In this document: positions 39,358-51,384 of the stretch, piece after piece
How the letters are laid out: every line of letters starts with the position of its first letter
How positions within the stretch are numbered: position 1 is the stretch's first letter
Assembly (NCBI GenBank): GCA_001643675.2
Contig: LSRY02000022.1
Coordinates: forward strand, 1,240,001-1,304,000
From: Monocercomonoides exilis PA203
Taxonomy: Eukaryota > Protista > Preaxostyla
Length of the DNA stretch: 64,000 nucleotides
Direction: 5' to 3'
Notes under the pieces: model-generated
Seen by the model: only the letters and a program-made list of their open reading frames with translations
Database searches by the model: none
Told to the model about the DNA's origin: nothing
Position numbers and translations under genes: made by a program

Positions 39358-40549
39358 AAGGAAAAAATATGCTCTTTCATTTTTCAATCTTCAGATAAAC
39401 TATCAATTTCCGTTTGATGAATCACAAAAAAAAAGCTTCAAATAAACATACTTGAGAAGTTTATTGAAGACTTTTTCACAAAAATTTGTAATTTCAAATG
39501 TATTGAACATTTTTGGACATTTCACAATCTTTCATGAAATAATAGTTTAAAGTTGCTTTTTTTTTGAGCTTCATGGCTTCAAAAATGATCAGACAAACAA
39601 GAAAAAATAAAGCCTTCACTTTTGTCACATATTTTCATTCATCTCACATTGATACCCACTTCATTCCTAAGCTTCTTTCATTCCTTTTATTTTTTCTTAT
39701 TAAGCATGCACTTTTCGTTTAATATTTTCCTCATTATCACTTTGAGAGTGTCTGTTCAGTCGAAATCCATCACTTCCAGCTTACTCTTCTATTTTACCTC
39801 ATGATATCCAACCAGTTTATTCTTCAGCATTATTCCAAAAATAATTCCATTTTTTCATTTCCTACTCCGTTTCAATATTGTTTAAGGCTTCACATTTCTT
39901 GCCTATTGGTTGAAGATTCACACTTTTCGATCAGCTCTTTGTGATTTCATTCTCAGTTAACCTTGGGAATTGAATCACCATTTACATTTTTAAGCCAATA
40001 AATGTCAGTTTTCATCAACTTATTTTTATTTTTTTTGAACTTATTTTTCAATTAAGTGATGTTGGTGAGTTCAATTTTCGATTATTTTAATGTTTTCAAC
40101 TTTTAAAATTTTGAACTTTATTATTCGTTGTTAACAAAAAAGAATATACAGAGAGAGTTTTATGCATTATTCGAAAAATAAATTCCAATCAGAATTGTCA
40201 AGACGATTCACATGTTTCGAATGTATTTTAAATTTCTTATTTATTCTAATATCTAACATCATCAGTTTTTCATTCAGTCATGGAAAACGATTTTTCATTT
40301 TCTTTTCAATCTTTGTTGAAACCGTTATTCTTCGCCTTTTCTTACACGAATTCGTTTTTATCTTTTCTTTTGAAATAATTGATCAAAAATACCAAAATGA
40401 AGGTTCATTATTTCCCGAAAAAAAAATCATTTTCTAACTTTTTTAATTTTCAGGATTTTCTGCAATAACACTGATTGTTTGAATTATTTTGTGATATGAT
40501 GAAGTAAGTTTACGAATGAAATTTCTCGTTTAATCAAATTAAGTGACAA

Positions 40550-42019
40550 ATGAACAAAATGAACATTTTGTGTCGATGCAAGCCAAAGGTTGAAATTGGT
40601 GAGCTTTCATTAACAAAAAAATTTGAAGGTTCGTATTGGCTTTTTTGTGAACCTTTTCATTTTTCGTGTATTTTCTAATTTTCCTTGAATGTTATTTTAT
40701 TTTTTGCTTGCTTCAAGATATGCTGAATAATCTTGGGAAATACACAGACAATGATCAAAAATTGAAAATTGAAGAAATGAATGGATTGATCGATACCATG
40801 AAGTTGAAAGAACTCGCAATCATTTCTGAAAAAGAAACATTTGATCAAGTGGAGAAAATGATTAAAAGAAAGAAATTGCGTTTGGAAAATGCACTTATGT
40901 TGTTGAAGCATTTGGGATATTGTGTAAAGTTCAAATATGCATATGATACATTCCTTGAATACTCTCCATTGTGCAATAGATTTGAGACGATGAAATTCAA
41001 CAATGTGAAAAAAGCAAAAAATGAAAAGCTTCTTATCGACGTTTGCGAATGTTATCTTCTTCTCTGCAATTCGTGCTCCATGGGAGACTTTTTTTCAATG
41101 TGTATATCAAGTCTTCTGAAAGTTGCCAAGAGGAAAGAGGAAGATGAGGAGACACAAAAAGAAGCGGAAATGGCTCTGATGACACTAAGTCACCAGAATG
41201 AATATCAGGTTTTAACATCTTGTCTTCGCTAGACTATTGATTTTTGATTATATTCAGTCTATCGAACAAAAACTTTATTTGAACGAGATAAAGGAAATTA
41301 TCCAATACCATCAACAGCATAACAATTTGACACAACTTTCTTATCAGTCTGCCTGGCAATTTTTGATTGAGAGATTACCTCAAGGAAGCAAACTTGCCAA
41401 AACGACAGTGAATGAACTTCATTTTGTCAGAGAGGCAACCAGAGGATTGAATGAGCTGATTGAATGTGTGATCTTGAAGAAAAATGAAAATGCACAAGAA
41501 AATTCAAAAGAATTGAGAATAATGTTGCGATGGCTATATTCGCTTGACAAAGGGTTTAGCCATTGCAATTTGAGTTGTGAAGATGAATTTGCTGCTTTGA
41601 TGGAATGCTTAATTAGACTGTACAGGTTAGCAAGGGGTTATGAATTCGAGATTAGAGGAAAATGCATAAAGGTGTTCGAGTCACTGATAGGAAAAGGCAT
41701 TGCTTTGGTTTCTATTTTTGTAAAAAGAGGAGCCATTGATATGATTTTTGAGGAAATGAGAAAACAGACACTGGAAAATAGTCCAATTGCACATTGCCTC
41801 GCATTATTCTCTGTGCTTTCAGAAAGATTGAACCGAAGGAAGAATGAAAAATGCAGCAAAATAGAATTGAAGAAGATGAAAAGAGAGGCATTTGACAAAT
41901 TAGAAGAAAATGGATATGAGGATCTCATATTGAGTGTCCATGAAATATACGTTTGCAAAACCATTAGAGATGGATTTATCTTTTTAAGAAAATCTTCCAA
42001 TTATTTTATTTATTTATGA
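40550..42019 (+). CDS. YHQEH family protein, copy 5, apparently intact, 3 exons
   Basis: Introns 40629-40717 and 41209-41257 give an uninterrupted frame: SLTKKFEDMLNNL...IDVCECY...IKEIIQYHQQHNNLTQLSYQSAW...EENGYEDLI. Confidence 0.8.
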
Positions 42020-42535
42020 AAGAAAAATGCATTTCCATTTCAAGAGTTCGTTAATTCTTATTACAAGAAAAAAAATGAAAGGAAGAATTTTGAGTTCTTT
42101 TTCCATTTCTGAAACAATTGAAAAAAATTGAAATCTCAAGAAAGTCAGAGATTTCATTTGAATAAATGCTTATCGACAAACATAAAGCGTAAATTTATTG
42201 TTTCTTGTAAGTTATAATAACTTTAAATGTTATTTCGTAATTCAAATTTCACACAATGTTATTGACTGGAAGTAACAGTGGTCTTATCATTTTTCGAAAA
42301 CCAAATCAAATCTTTATCCTAATCAAATAACAGATTTTGAATGGTTTTATCAATACTACAAATACGAGATAAAATACATTTTGATACGGAGATTTTTATA
42401 CGAACACAACTTTATTTGATCAATTTGTTTCGAGAAATCATAATACAAATGAATCTCATTATAAAAAATATGGAAATTGATCATCGATAAAACCTCTTGC
42501 ACAGATTGAATTTGAAGAAAGGAAGGTCGTAAAAA

Positions 42536-45500
42536 ATGATGAAAGATGAAAGCATGTCTATGAGTTCAACTTCAAGTGGGATGTCAATTGATTATTCACT
42601 CGCAGAAAATTACAGCAGACTAGAGGCAATTGGCTTTTCGATTTTCACTCCACTTTACCACCAGCCGAAGCATCCAAGCAAAACATGGGAAATTTTCGTA
42701 TGGGCTGTAACAATGCTCCAATTAGTCACATTAAGTTTTTTTCGAATCGATAATATAACTCAGAAAGTGAATAATATTTCATACGTTTGCAGTCTTCATT
42801 TATATTCTTATAATTTTTGATTTATATTTTATTTTGTTATCCTGATTTTAACGACGATATTTTTCTATATGATTTTATTTTAACACATACCAGTACATAT
42901 GTTTTCCAGACGGAACGTCTCTTGGATACCTTGCAGGAAATTTTATACAGATTGTAGCTATGGGATGCGTTGGTTATTTTGCATTGCTTACTGCATACTT
43001 ATTGCTTGTCTCAGTTTTTCAAAGTGTCATTGTTAAGTCACAACCATGGATCATTTCATTACTAAGATGGATAATGAATATTACATTTTCCATCTTGTTT
43101 ATCCCGTTTATTTCATTATGTATTACTACTTTTGATTGTTATGAATCAGGAGGAAAACTGGTTCATCGTGGATATGATAGCAATTCCTATGCTGACTTGA
43201 TTCCATTATTAGGATTTGTTATTGCCATTGTCACACTTGTTTATGTTTTATTATCTTCATTTATAATAAATAATATGATTTTTAACCACAATCCGAAGCA
43301 TGGAGGTTTGTGGTCATCACCGCGTGGTTTGTGGCAAGCAGTTGACACGTCTTTTGTGTTTGGGTGTGTGTTTGCAATGCGAACACTGATTGAATGGCCA
43401 TTCTGGCGCGGAGTGGTAACTGTTGGATCTTCTTTGGTGATGATGGTGTATTTTGTGTATATTCAGCCGATATACAAACTGAATGGAAACCTTTTGATGG
43501 CGAGTAAATGGTGCATGTTTGGATGTTTGAGACTTATTGATGAAATTGCGTATGCAATTGAAGGAGCGACAGGAAACTGGACTATTACTATTGTGCTTCA
43601 AGCTGTTGGTGTGATTGCTGGAATAGTTATGTGCATTGTGCTGTTACCTAAGATTGGACGAAAAACAAGAGAAAGGAAATATCTCTTATCAGCTTTTGAA
43701 AATCAACTTTCAGACATTTGTACTAAAAACCCTTCTTTGGCTCTGCCTGCGATGAAGAAGCCTGAAAGAGTGGAGCCGTCATTGCGATTTGTGCAAGAGG
43801 AGAACTACCAGTCGATGATTCATTTGACATTTGCTGATTATGTGTACACGCAAGCACTTAAGACGAACATGAATAACAGTCTTCTGTGCTTTCAATATGC
43901 GACGTTTCTGTCGGCTTATCGCAAAAACCACATGAAAGCACACACGCTTATCCAGAAGGCGCGGACGCTTTCGCCAGACCTGTTTCTGCGATTTGTGCTG
44001 ACGTGCAAGGCGAAAGAGAACGGCGGAAGGGCAAACGGAGAGAACGGCGGGAACGGGGCAGGCGGGATGAATTCGCTTGTTTTCACTACTCTACTGGCAA
44101 AGGCAGAGAAGCACCACGAACTGGCTGTGAGTGCAATGAAGGACTTCTTTGAGAATGTGACAGCGATTATTGTTGACTACAAGTCGATTCCTGTTCTGCT
44201 GAATTCGATTGTGAACAACGAAGACATTGCACGAAAGAGCTATGAAGAGCTGATTGCATCGCACGGGCAGAACACGGCTGTCTTAAGGAGCTACGCACGT
44301 CTTTTATTAGACATTCACAACGACGAAGAGCAGGCGGACATCATTCTCAACCGGGCGGATCTGATTGAGGAAGAGTCAGTCAGCTCAATTAAATCTCTGA
44401 CACGCGCACACGCTGCGGCAGGGCTGCACGATGTGTCGCTTGGGATGGGCGAGGTGGACGAAGTGGACAACAGGATGAGCGAAGGCAGTGGGAAGTTCAG
44501 TCCGACGGGGGAGCATGACATTGAAGGAGAATCAAACTACTTTCGAACAATTCGCCAAGAAAGCTTTGAGGTTAGTGCAAGAAGCGTTCAAGAGAGCACA
44601 ACATCAGCATCAGAAAAAGGAGCAAACATGAAGTTGGCAGCAAATTCGTCTTCGTACGATTTGCAGAATTTCGATGGAGAACACGAAGGGATTGCAAAAG
44701 GGGAGAAGCAATGGCAGTCTGCCAGCGATATCAGAAGGAACCAGCGGAACGACCGAATGAAGAAGAGGAGGAAGAAGAAGGATGCAGTCATTATTGATCT
44801 GTTTGTGGGCAAGCGCAACGAAAATGGAAGCTATACGAGCAACTTTGTTATTCTGAAGTGCAGCATCATAACTCTGCATTTTGTGAACATCGTTGCGCTT
44901 GTAGCAGCTCTCGTGGTGTATGTTATAATGACGAATTCGTATCAGAGCAACCTGCAGACGCTGCGAAATGTGTGCGACTTGTCGTATCATTCAGCGCGTT
45001 CAGCGACAATTGGGTACAACTTCTTTGTGTACGACAAAAGATACAACTTCTCAGACCCGCCTGTATTCGACGATTGGCCGTCGGGGATGATCCAGAAGAA
45101 AGATCTGATGAAGATGCTGAAGGAGACCTCAGAGAACTTGGCATCGATGCTTGGGAGAATTCACCAGTCGACTGCAAACTTGGAGGTGTGGGAGACTGCA
45201 GACATCAGCACGTATCTGTTTATGATCACGACGAAGGAAGAGGTACAGCCAGACGGAAGTGTGGAGGAAGTGATAGACACGAAGAGGCAGACACTCCACT
45301 CGTCGTCGATGCTGCAGGTGATTGCAACCGTTTCGCAGATGACACATCATCTTTATCTTTCGAACATATCTTCTCGTCCACAAGACCCAGAATACATCGC
45401 AAACATTCAGTATTTGGTGTTCAATTGCCCCGTGCCTATCTTGGATGGCGCAAAGAGAGTTATCATATACTATTTTGAGCTGATGAATACGGACTGCAAC

Positions 45501-48398
45501 ATGATTATCACTGCCTTTATCCTCATCATCACTCTCTTCATCACTCCCTTGTCGATTACGCTGCTCATAATATACATAATATTCACAAGAAGGGCAGTGA
45601 GGAACCGGATGAAGGCGTATCAGGCGATGCTGGATGTTCCGAAGAACAAGATGCAGAGTGTCATTCGCAGACTTCTGAGGGACGATGATGCAGACGACGA
45701 GGAGTTTGACATGAACCAGGCGATGCACTACAACCAGGACACGAAGCCGAGTGACAGTTGCATGAGTGGAAAGATCGAACACTGGGACGAAGTTGGACAG
45801 CTGCTTTTGGATGAAGCAGCAGATGAAGAGGTGATGCAAAATGAGAAGGAGAGCGAGAGTTCGAAGAAGACAGAACCGAATTCTGAGCAGCAGTCGTGTC
45901 TGGAAGATGACAAGCGGGCAGCAGATGTGCTTGTCAATTCACCAGGAAGCAGAGTGGCATCGCAGGAAGCGTCGCCGAAGAAGACGCCGCTGGTTATCAG
46001 CTCGTCTGTGTTGGACATGTGCGCCGGAGAAGCAGTCTCTCCAATGCTTTTGGAGAATGAGCCTCTTCTCGAGTCTATTCAGGATGCTCCTCTCACACCG
46101 CATTCGAACAAGTCCTTGTTTGGCGAGCAGACAGCCACTGCATTCACTATTGCACCGTCACATTTACAGTCCCCCAGAGTCAACGAAGGAAACGTCAAAG
46201 GAATGCAAGCTGCTGATCAGAATTCAAACCTGAAAAGCAAAGCAAGATTGCTGCAGTCAAACAACGATCCTTCTTCGAATTCACCAAAACATGAAGGAGA
46301 AGGCTCAGTAAATGAGCTTCCGTCTTTCCCCTCCAAAAATGAGGTGTCTGGTGCTGGGCATTTCGGATTCAAATCGAACGGAGTGGGATTTGTGGAGCAC
46401 GACAACGGGATGGCAAGGAATGGACAAGACGAAATTGGGCCACTCGGAATGAGCATGATGCAGAAAGGGAACATGTCCAAAGCACAGCTGTCTCCGATGT
46501 TTGGGGGCAATGCATATGCTCAGATGCACATGAGCAAGTCGCTTCTCAACAACCAGGACGAAGACATGATCAATGCGTCGCAGTCGCCCTTGGCGATGCA
46601 TTCTTTCCTTTCAGGGAATCGGAGTCCGTCTCATTTCGGGCTTGTTTCGACAGGCTCGATTTCCATCCAACACGCGATGTCTGAGTACGAAACGGGGTCT
46701 ATTTTCAACTCTACGCAGATGATACCGCCTCTCTCACCGACCAGCCTGTACCAGCAGAAAAATCCGATGATGTTCAGCCAGAACCTTCCGTATGCACAGT
46801 TGGAAAAGCTTCCTACGATTCCCTCAGAAAATGTAGGCTCAGCGAAAACAGGTGAAAACACATCAGACAACAGCGAGCCTCTTGTTCTGTCGTCTCAGGT
46901 TCCGCTTCTTGGCTTGCCTGATCCAAAACTCTCTTACGAAGACGAAGATGCCGACGAAGCAGAAAAGAACAAACAGAGGGGATTGGTCAGAAATGCTGTT
47001 GAGGATACAGCTTGGGAAGAAGGGATGGAGAAGGAGATAGAGAAGCATTCAGCAGCATACCAGCAGCTGCCCAGCCCAGTCAACAACAAAATCATCATCA
47101 CGATTATCCTTTCTGTTCTGCTTGGTCTAGTCGCTGTTGCTGTTCCTGTCACTCTGGTTTGCTATTACGTCAGCAATTACAAGCCAACCACAGCCAATAT
47201 CATCCTTTCTGGAATGCGTGCTTCAATCTTGTTCCAGATCCAATTCTTACTCACATCCATTCTTCAGCCTGTGCCTGTGCTGCAGACTGACCAGTCAATC
47301 ACGTTTCCGAGGTCGCGCAATCCCGTAATGTATAATTCGTCCCATTGTTCAGGCTCTCAGCTGACAGCGCGGGAAATGCTGGTGCCGATGTCGAGGTATT
47401 TCGAGGCAGTGCATCTCGACTGCCACTTCGGCGATTCTAAATACACAACGACGAATGACTACACGTACGATTCAGTGCCTGTTACCCGCATGAACACAGG
47501 ATTCAACACAGAAGTTCTGCTGAAGGAAACAGAGTGCTTTCTGGCTGAATCTGATGACTGCTCTCAGATGAATCCGATTCGGATGTATGGCGTGACAGGC
47601 AACATTCACGGCCTGACGACGCTTTTATCGCGGATGAGGATCAATCTGGAGAGGATTTCAAAGATGGAGATTGAGGACATCACGTTTACCACGGGCGAGG
47701 CACGCTTCGTTTTGAATGCTCTTCGAAACGACATTGTGGGAGGCATAAACAAAATGACGAATATGATTTTGGAGACAGGAAAGAAAGAAGTCCAAACTTC
47801 AGTCACCATATTGATAATTGTCGTTGCTGGCTTCTGTGTTCTTTATCTTGCTTCAATGATTGGAAACGGGCTGACCTGGATCAATGAAATCATGCACATT
47901 GAGAATGTGTCTGAGAAACTGTTTGAGCTGCTTCCAATCAAAGAAGGCGAGAAAGAGATATCGATAATGTCATCAATGATAACAGGGCATGCCTCATTTG
48001 ACAAAGGAAGAGAAGCAATTCTCGATGCAGCACAGCAGCTTCTCACGTCAATCAATCAATACGAGCAATTTGAATCGATGGTGGAAACATTCTACCAGGT
48101 GACATCGACCGCGCTAGCAGTGTTCAGTGAGGAGGAGAAGGAGATGGAAGCGAAGAACTATGCGAACATTGAGAAGCACAAGAGAGAGCATTTGCTGTTG
48201 AGGCAGCGGCTGACGCTGATAGGAGACCAGCTCCGCTCAAAGAACGATGCAGTGAAAGCTGTCGGGAAGAGGAAACTTGTGTCGCTGTTTGATGTGCACT
48301 TCACGGATGAAGATATCACCTTTGCAGATGCTGTTTATGCAGCAGATATCAAGCGTAAGAATAATGATGAAGACGATAACAACAATAATAACATGTAA
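42536..48398 (+). CDS. TmcB-like multi-pass membrane protein with C-terminal hemerythrin-like domain (~1917 aa; intron 42785-42893)
   Basis: N-terminal multi-TM block; TmcB/TmcC helical-repeat-like segment (YEELIASHGQNTAVLRSYARLLLDIHNDEEQAD); two TM-loop-TM modules; terminal TG..FD...VFSEEEKEM...Y...HKREH...HFTDED hemerythrin pattern. A phase-0 intron joins ORF 42536 to ORF 42960. Confidence 0.8.
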
Positions 48399-50054
48399 AA
48401 GTTATGGACAATGACTGTTTTCTTTTTTCTTTTCTTATCCTTTTTTTTTTAATTATTTTTGTTCAAAGTCTTCCTTGCTAATTATTGTTAGCTGCATATA
48501 GTTTTGCAGCCGCTTTATTTTTTGGGATATTACGTAGGTTAAAATTTGAAAAGTTGTATTTCTTTCTTTCTTTCTTTCTCTCTCTCTCTTAACTCATGAT
48601 TATTTTTATTTATTCCTTTTTTTAAAAAACAATTTATTTGAATTTCTCATCAAAAGCATCCGCTGAAATGTTTGTTTCAGCATGCTTTGTGTATTTCTCT
48701 CTCTGTATATTTATGATTATTTTGATGATTTGCGAAGGATTGGGATGAATTGGTTATGAGATTAGTATTTCGATGTTATGAATTTTGATATTTTTCGTTC
48801 GCTTTGTATTTTCTGATTTTCATTTCTATGTATTTCTTGGTAAAAATTAATTATTTTTTGCTTTCAAACAAATAATTCATTGTTGCGTTTTCAATAACTT
48901 TTATTGATAATTCCTTTTTTGAAAGATGTTTGTTTTTGTTTCGTTATATTTCTTTCTTTCTTTCTTTCTATTTTGACATTTTTTTATTTCCGTATTGCGA
49001 TAAGCATAAAAGACGAATTGCTTTTTGTTATTGTACTTCTCCTTTTGAAAAATAAAAATTGTTGATTGTTTTGCGTTTTGCGTTTTGCGTTTTATAAATA
49101 TGTTTATTTTGAAGTGATTATGTGCTTTTTATTCAGACCATTTATCAGAAGTGATTGTGGTGTCTGTATTTCGCGATATACACATATTTATATTTTATCC
49201 TTCTTTTATCTTCGAAATTCATCTATATATTGGAAATGTTTTATTATAATTTTCTTTATATTCATCATATTTTTCATACCAAAATAAAACAATGAACAAT
49301 ATCAATTGGACATAATAATTTATGCAGCGGTAAGTGAAAAACATAATCAAAGTTACCAAACAGTTTTATTTCTTGGAGTGCTCTCGTTTTTTTCTGATCT
49401 TTTTTTCCACCTTCATAAATTCGAGATGGCTTGGTCTTCGTTGAAGTCAATAATGGTGAAATAATTCAACGTTTTATTCATGCATTTTTGAGTTACAATT
49501 GATTTTCTTTTTTAAAATTCAACGCTTTTTTACAAAAAATCTCAATGCTTCAAATCAAATGGAACGTTGATTTTTTTTTAATGTTTTCATTATCAAACGA
49601 ACCTTTCCCTTTTCGATTGTTTGAGTTTGAGTGAAGTTCAGAGCAGCAATTCGTCACGTATTAAGTTGGTTTGTTTGAATCGAATGTGTTTCACCCCAAA
49701 CAGAATGTCGAACACAAAAAACGAAAAAGAAAAGAAAAGTTCATCACTTTCGATAGACTTTCATTCTTTTAGAGAATTTCTTTTTTTCTTTTCTCTTTTT
49801 CCCCATTTCGAAAAAGTTTAAAAAAAGATTTTCAACAAAATTATAACAAGTGTTTGTTTCGCTCTTGCGAAATGAAAAAAAAAAGAAAAAAAAAAGAAAA
49901 AAAAGAAAGAAAAGAAAAGAAAGAAAAAAATAAAATAAAACTGTTGAGTTACAAAATTTAAGGTGTTTCATTTAATAAAGCATTCACTAAATATTCTGAA
50001 ATATAAACAATAATTCTCCATAATCATTTTTGCTCATAAAATCCAATATATCTT

Positions 50055-51384
50055 TCAAAAGCTTGCAACGATATCTTCATATCCTTCTTCTTCCATCTTT
50101 TCAAAAACCATCTTTTTCATTTCATTTCTTTTTGTTTCTTCCGTTCCATCATCTTCCTCTTTTTTCAATTTTTCTGCAACATTCAAAAAAAAATCCAAGC
50201 AACGCAATACCACATTTAAATCCAATATGGGTTGCTGCATCCCCTCCAAAACAGCATCAACTGCACCTTCTTTCAACAATGAATCAATTTTCACAGCTCT
50301 GTTAAATGCTGTTACTGATAAAGAACGAATGCATTGATCGCTAATTTCTCTGAATTTGTCCTTTGCTGCTCGAAATAACTGAACAATGCTGCATATTAGA
50401 TCAGCATATTCTTCAGTCCACAATTCGCATGAGGATAAGTAAATTTCCAATGTTTGGAACCATTTCATCAAAAGTTTCTCTTCTTTCGTTTCTTTTCCTC
50501 GTTCCTCATCTTTCTTCTTCCAATTCACACAATTTGACAGCTCTTCTAGTTCTCTTCTTGTCTCTCTCACAAAATGCAGCTCATTCACCATTACCATTTC
50601 CAAACTTTGTTCAAAGAACAATCTTTTTATTAAAAACTGCCACAGTGACTGATAGGCAAGCCGTGTCAGGTTGCGATGTTCTTGATGATATTTGATGATT
50701 TCTTTGATTTCAGTAAAATACAGCTCTTTTTCCACAAACTAATAAAAAAAGAAGGAAAAATTTTAACATTATCAAAAAGAGAACAAAAACGCCACACATC
50801 ATATTTCCCAAAATTGCACAAAGCCAATAAAGCCATTTCCACTTCTTTCTGTGCTTCTTCGCTTTTTTCCTTGTTTAATGCAGCTTTCAGAAGGCAAGGA
50901 ACACAAATTGAAATTAATTCGGGTAGGAAGCCGTAACTTTGCGAAATATAGCATTCGCAAAGATCAACCAAAAGCTTTTCGTTCTTTTTTTCTTTTTTTG
51001 CATCATCTTCAACAATTATCTTTTCAAATCTTTGGTTCAAGGAAGAAATTTTAAAGCTCTCCAAAGAAATATCTCTTAATAAATTGTAATGCCCAACATG
51101 CTTCAACAACAAAACAACATTCTCTGTCGAAAATTTCTTTTCTTCAATCATTTTGCATATTTTGTCGAACAGTTTTTCTGAAAAAACAGATCTGTATTCT
51201 CTTTTACTCATTTCATCAATAATTTCATTCATCACTTCGATTTTCTGTTTCTGTTCATCGCTGGTGCAATGCTCCAGCTCAGAAAATAATTCTTCAAAAA
51301 TCACAAAAAATATTTTGTGTTTTGAAAGTTTCATCAAAACAAAAAAATACGCAAACTCAAAAACTTCTCAGTTTTGTTCATCAT
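50055..51384 (-). CDS. YHQEH family protein, copy 6, 3 exons (C-terminus shortened by a likely indel near 50057)
   Basis: MMNKTEKFL|KLFSELEHC...LVDLCECY...|FVEKELYFTEIKEIIKYHQEH...EEEGYEDIVASF. Family-like tail residues continue out of frame to ~49975. Confidence 0.7.
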
